This document shows, piece by piece, positions 24,776-25,107 of a stretch of 25,107 nt of DNA. Position numbers and translations under genes: made by a program. The DNA is from a virus (lineage: Duplodnaviria > Caudoviricetes): the IMG/VR virus record IMGVR_UViG_3300005611_000182, positions 1-25,107 of that record. One strand, 5' to 3'. Position 1 is the first letter of the stretch. Every line of letters starts with the position of its first letter. The notes beneath the pieces are model-generated. The model saw only the letters and a program-made list of their open reading frames with translations. It was not told the DNA's origin and did not search any database.

Positions 24776-24879
24776 CTCGCTTGCGTTGTGACCGGTCGCC
24801 CGCTGTCCCCTGCCGCCGGTGTCGACTCCGACGGCAGGGGGCGCCCCCTGGGCGCGACAAGCGAGTGACCATGAGGTCG
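24776..24879 (-). promoter_or_regulatory. Structured 5' leader, candidate cis-regulatory RNA
   Basis: Outer 8-bp stem CUCGCUUG/CAAGCGAG enclosing a 13-bp and a 5-bp hairpin; the 3' arm overlaps the RBS. Confidence 0.45.
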
Positions 24880-24884
24880 AGCCG

Positions 24885-24913
24885 ACCCTACCGTGGGGGC
24901 CGTCTCGCGTCAA
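24885..24913 (-). promoter_or_regulatory. Predicted sigma70-type promoter of the replication operon
   Basis: TTGACG-N17-TAGGGT starting at the upstream gene's stop. Confidence 0.5.
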
Positions 24914-25107
24914 GTGACGGCGCCGAAGAGCGACCGCTGCTCACTCGGGCGCCAGCGTGGCTCCCGGCTCAGCGTCAGCCATTCAGCCTGCTGTGCTGAG
25001 AATGTACGTTTCTGGCCCCTTCTCGTGCCCGTAATCTCGACCGCGTGCCAGCCCTCTGCAACGAGGTCGGGGATTGGCTCAGCCTCGGAGACGCAGACCG
25101 TAGCCCC
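24910..25107 (-). CDS. 3' end of a gene, possibly a DNA adenine methyltransferase (5'-truncated)
   Basis: Hand translation GATVCVSEAEPIPDLVAEGWHAVEITG...EWLTLSREP...SLFGAVT*. It resembles the strand-SE...E-hydrophobic C-terminus of Dam-like enzymes, but catalytic motifs are outside the window. Confidence 0.35.
   Translation of the reverse strand, partial: GATVCVSEAEPIPDLVAEGWHAVEITGTRRGQKRTFSAQQAEWLTLSREPRWRPSEQRSLFGAVT

Noticed and set aside
1822-24868. Long plus-strand ORFs such as 6524-8158, 12835-14742, 14884-16791, 17237-19594 and 21965-24298
   Set aside because: Antisense shadows of real minus-strand genes, expected in high-GC DNA; no recognisable motifs.

Overview
A GC-rich (roughly 70% by eye) tailed phage or prophage segment with almost every gene on the minus strand. 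Read right to left it carries: the 3' end of a possible DNA methyltransferase; a replication block (two small ORFs, a C-terminal Zn-ribbon protein and a DUF927-type P-loop helicase); a mirror-symmetric iteron array that looks like the origin; DNA packaging genes (two-HTH TerS, TerL); head genes (portal, unknown protein, MuF/gp7, scaffold, decoration, Mu-gpT-like major capsid); neck genes; and a non-contractile tail (tube, frameshifted chaperone, tape measure, a large Dit-position protein with Asp-boxes, hub, two further virion proteins, the last truncated). One plus-strand lipoprotein is inserted among the tail genes. The most notable unexplained signals are non-coding: paired 15-bp palindromes (GTTYCA-N3-TGRAAC-like, 21-22 bp apart) over three predicted morphogenesis promoters; an origin iteron inside the packaging-operon promoter; GTTGCAAC boxes inside terS; an exact 21-bp inverted repeat bracketing the tail block; and a structured leader that covers the replication-operon RBS. 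All protein calls come from motif recognition and gene order, not database searches. The host cannot be determined from this window.
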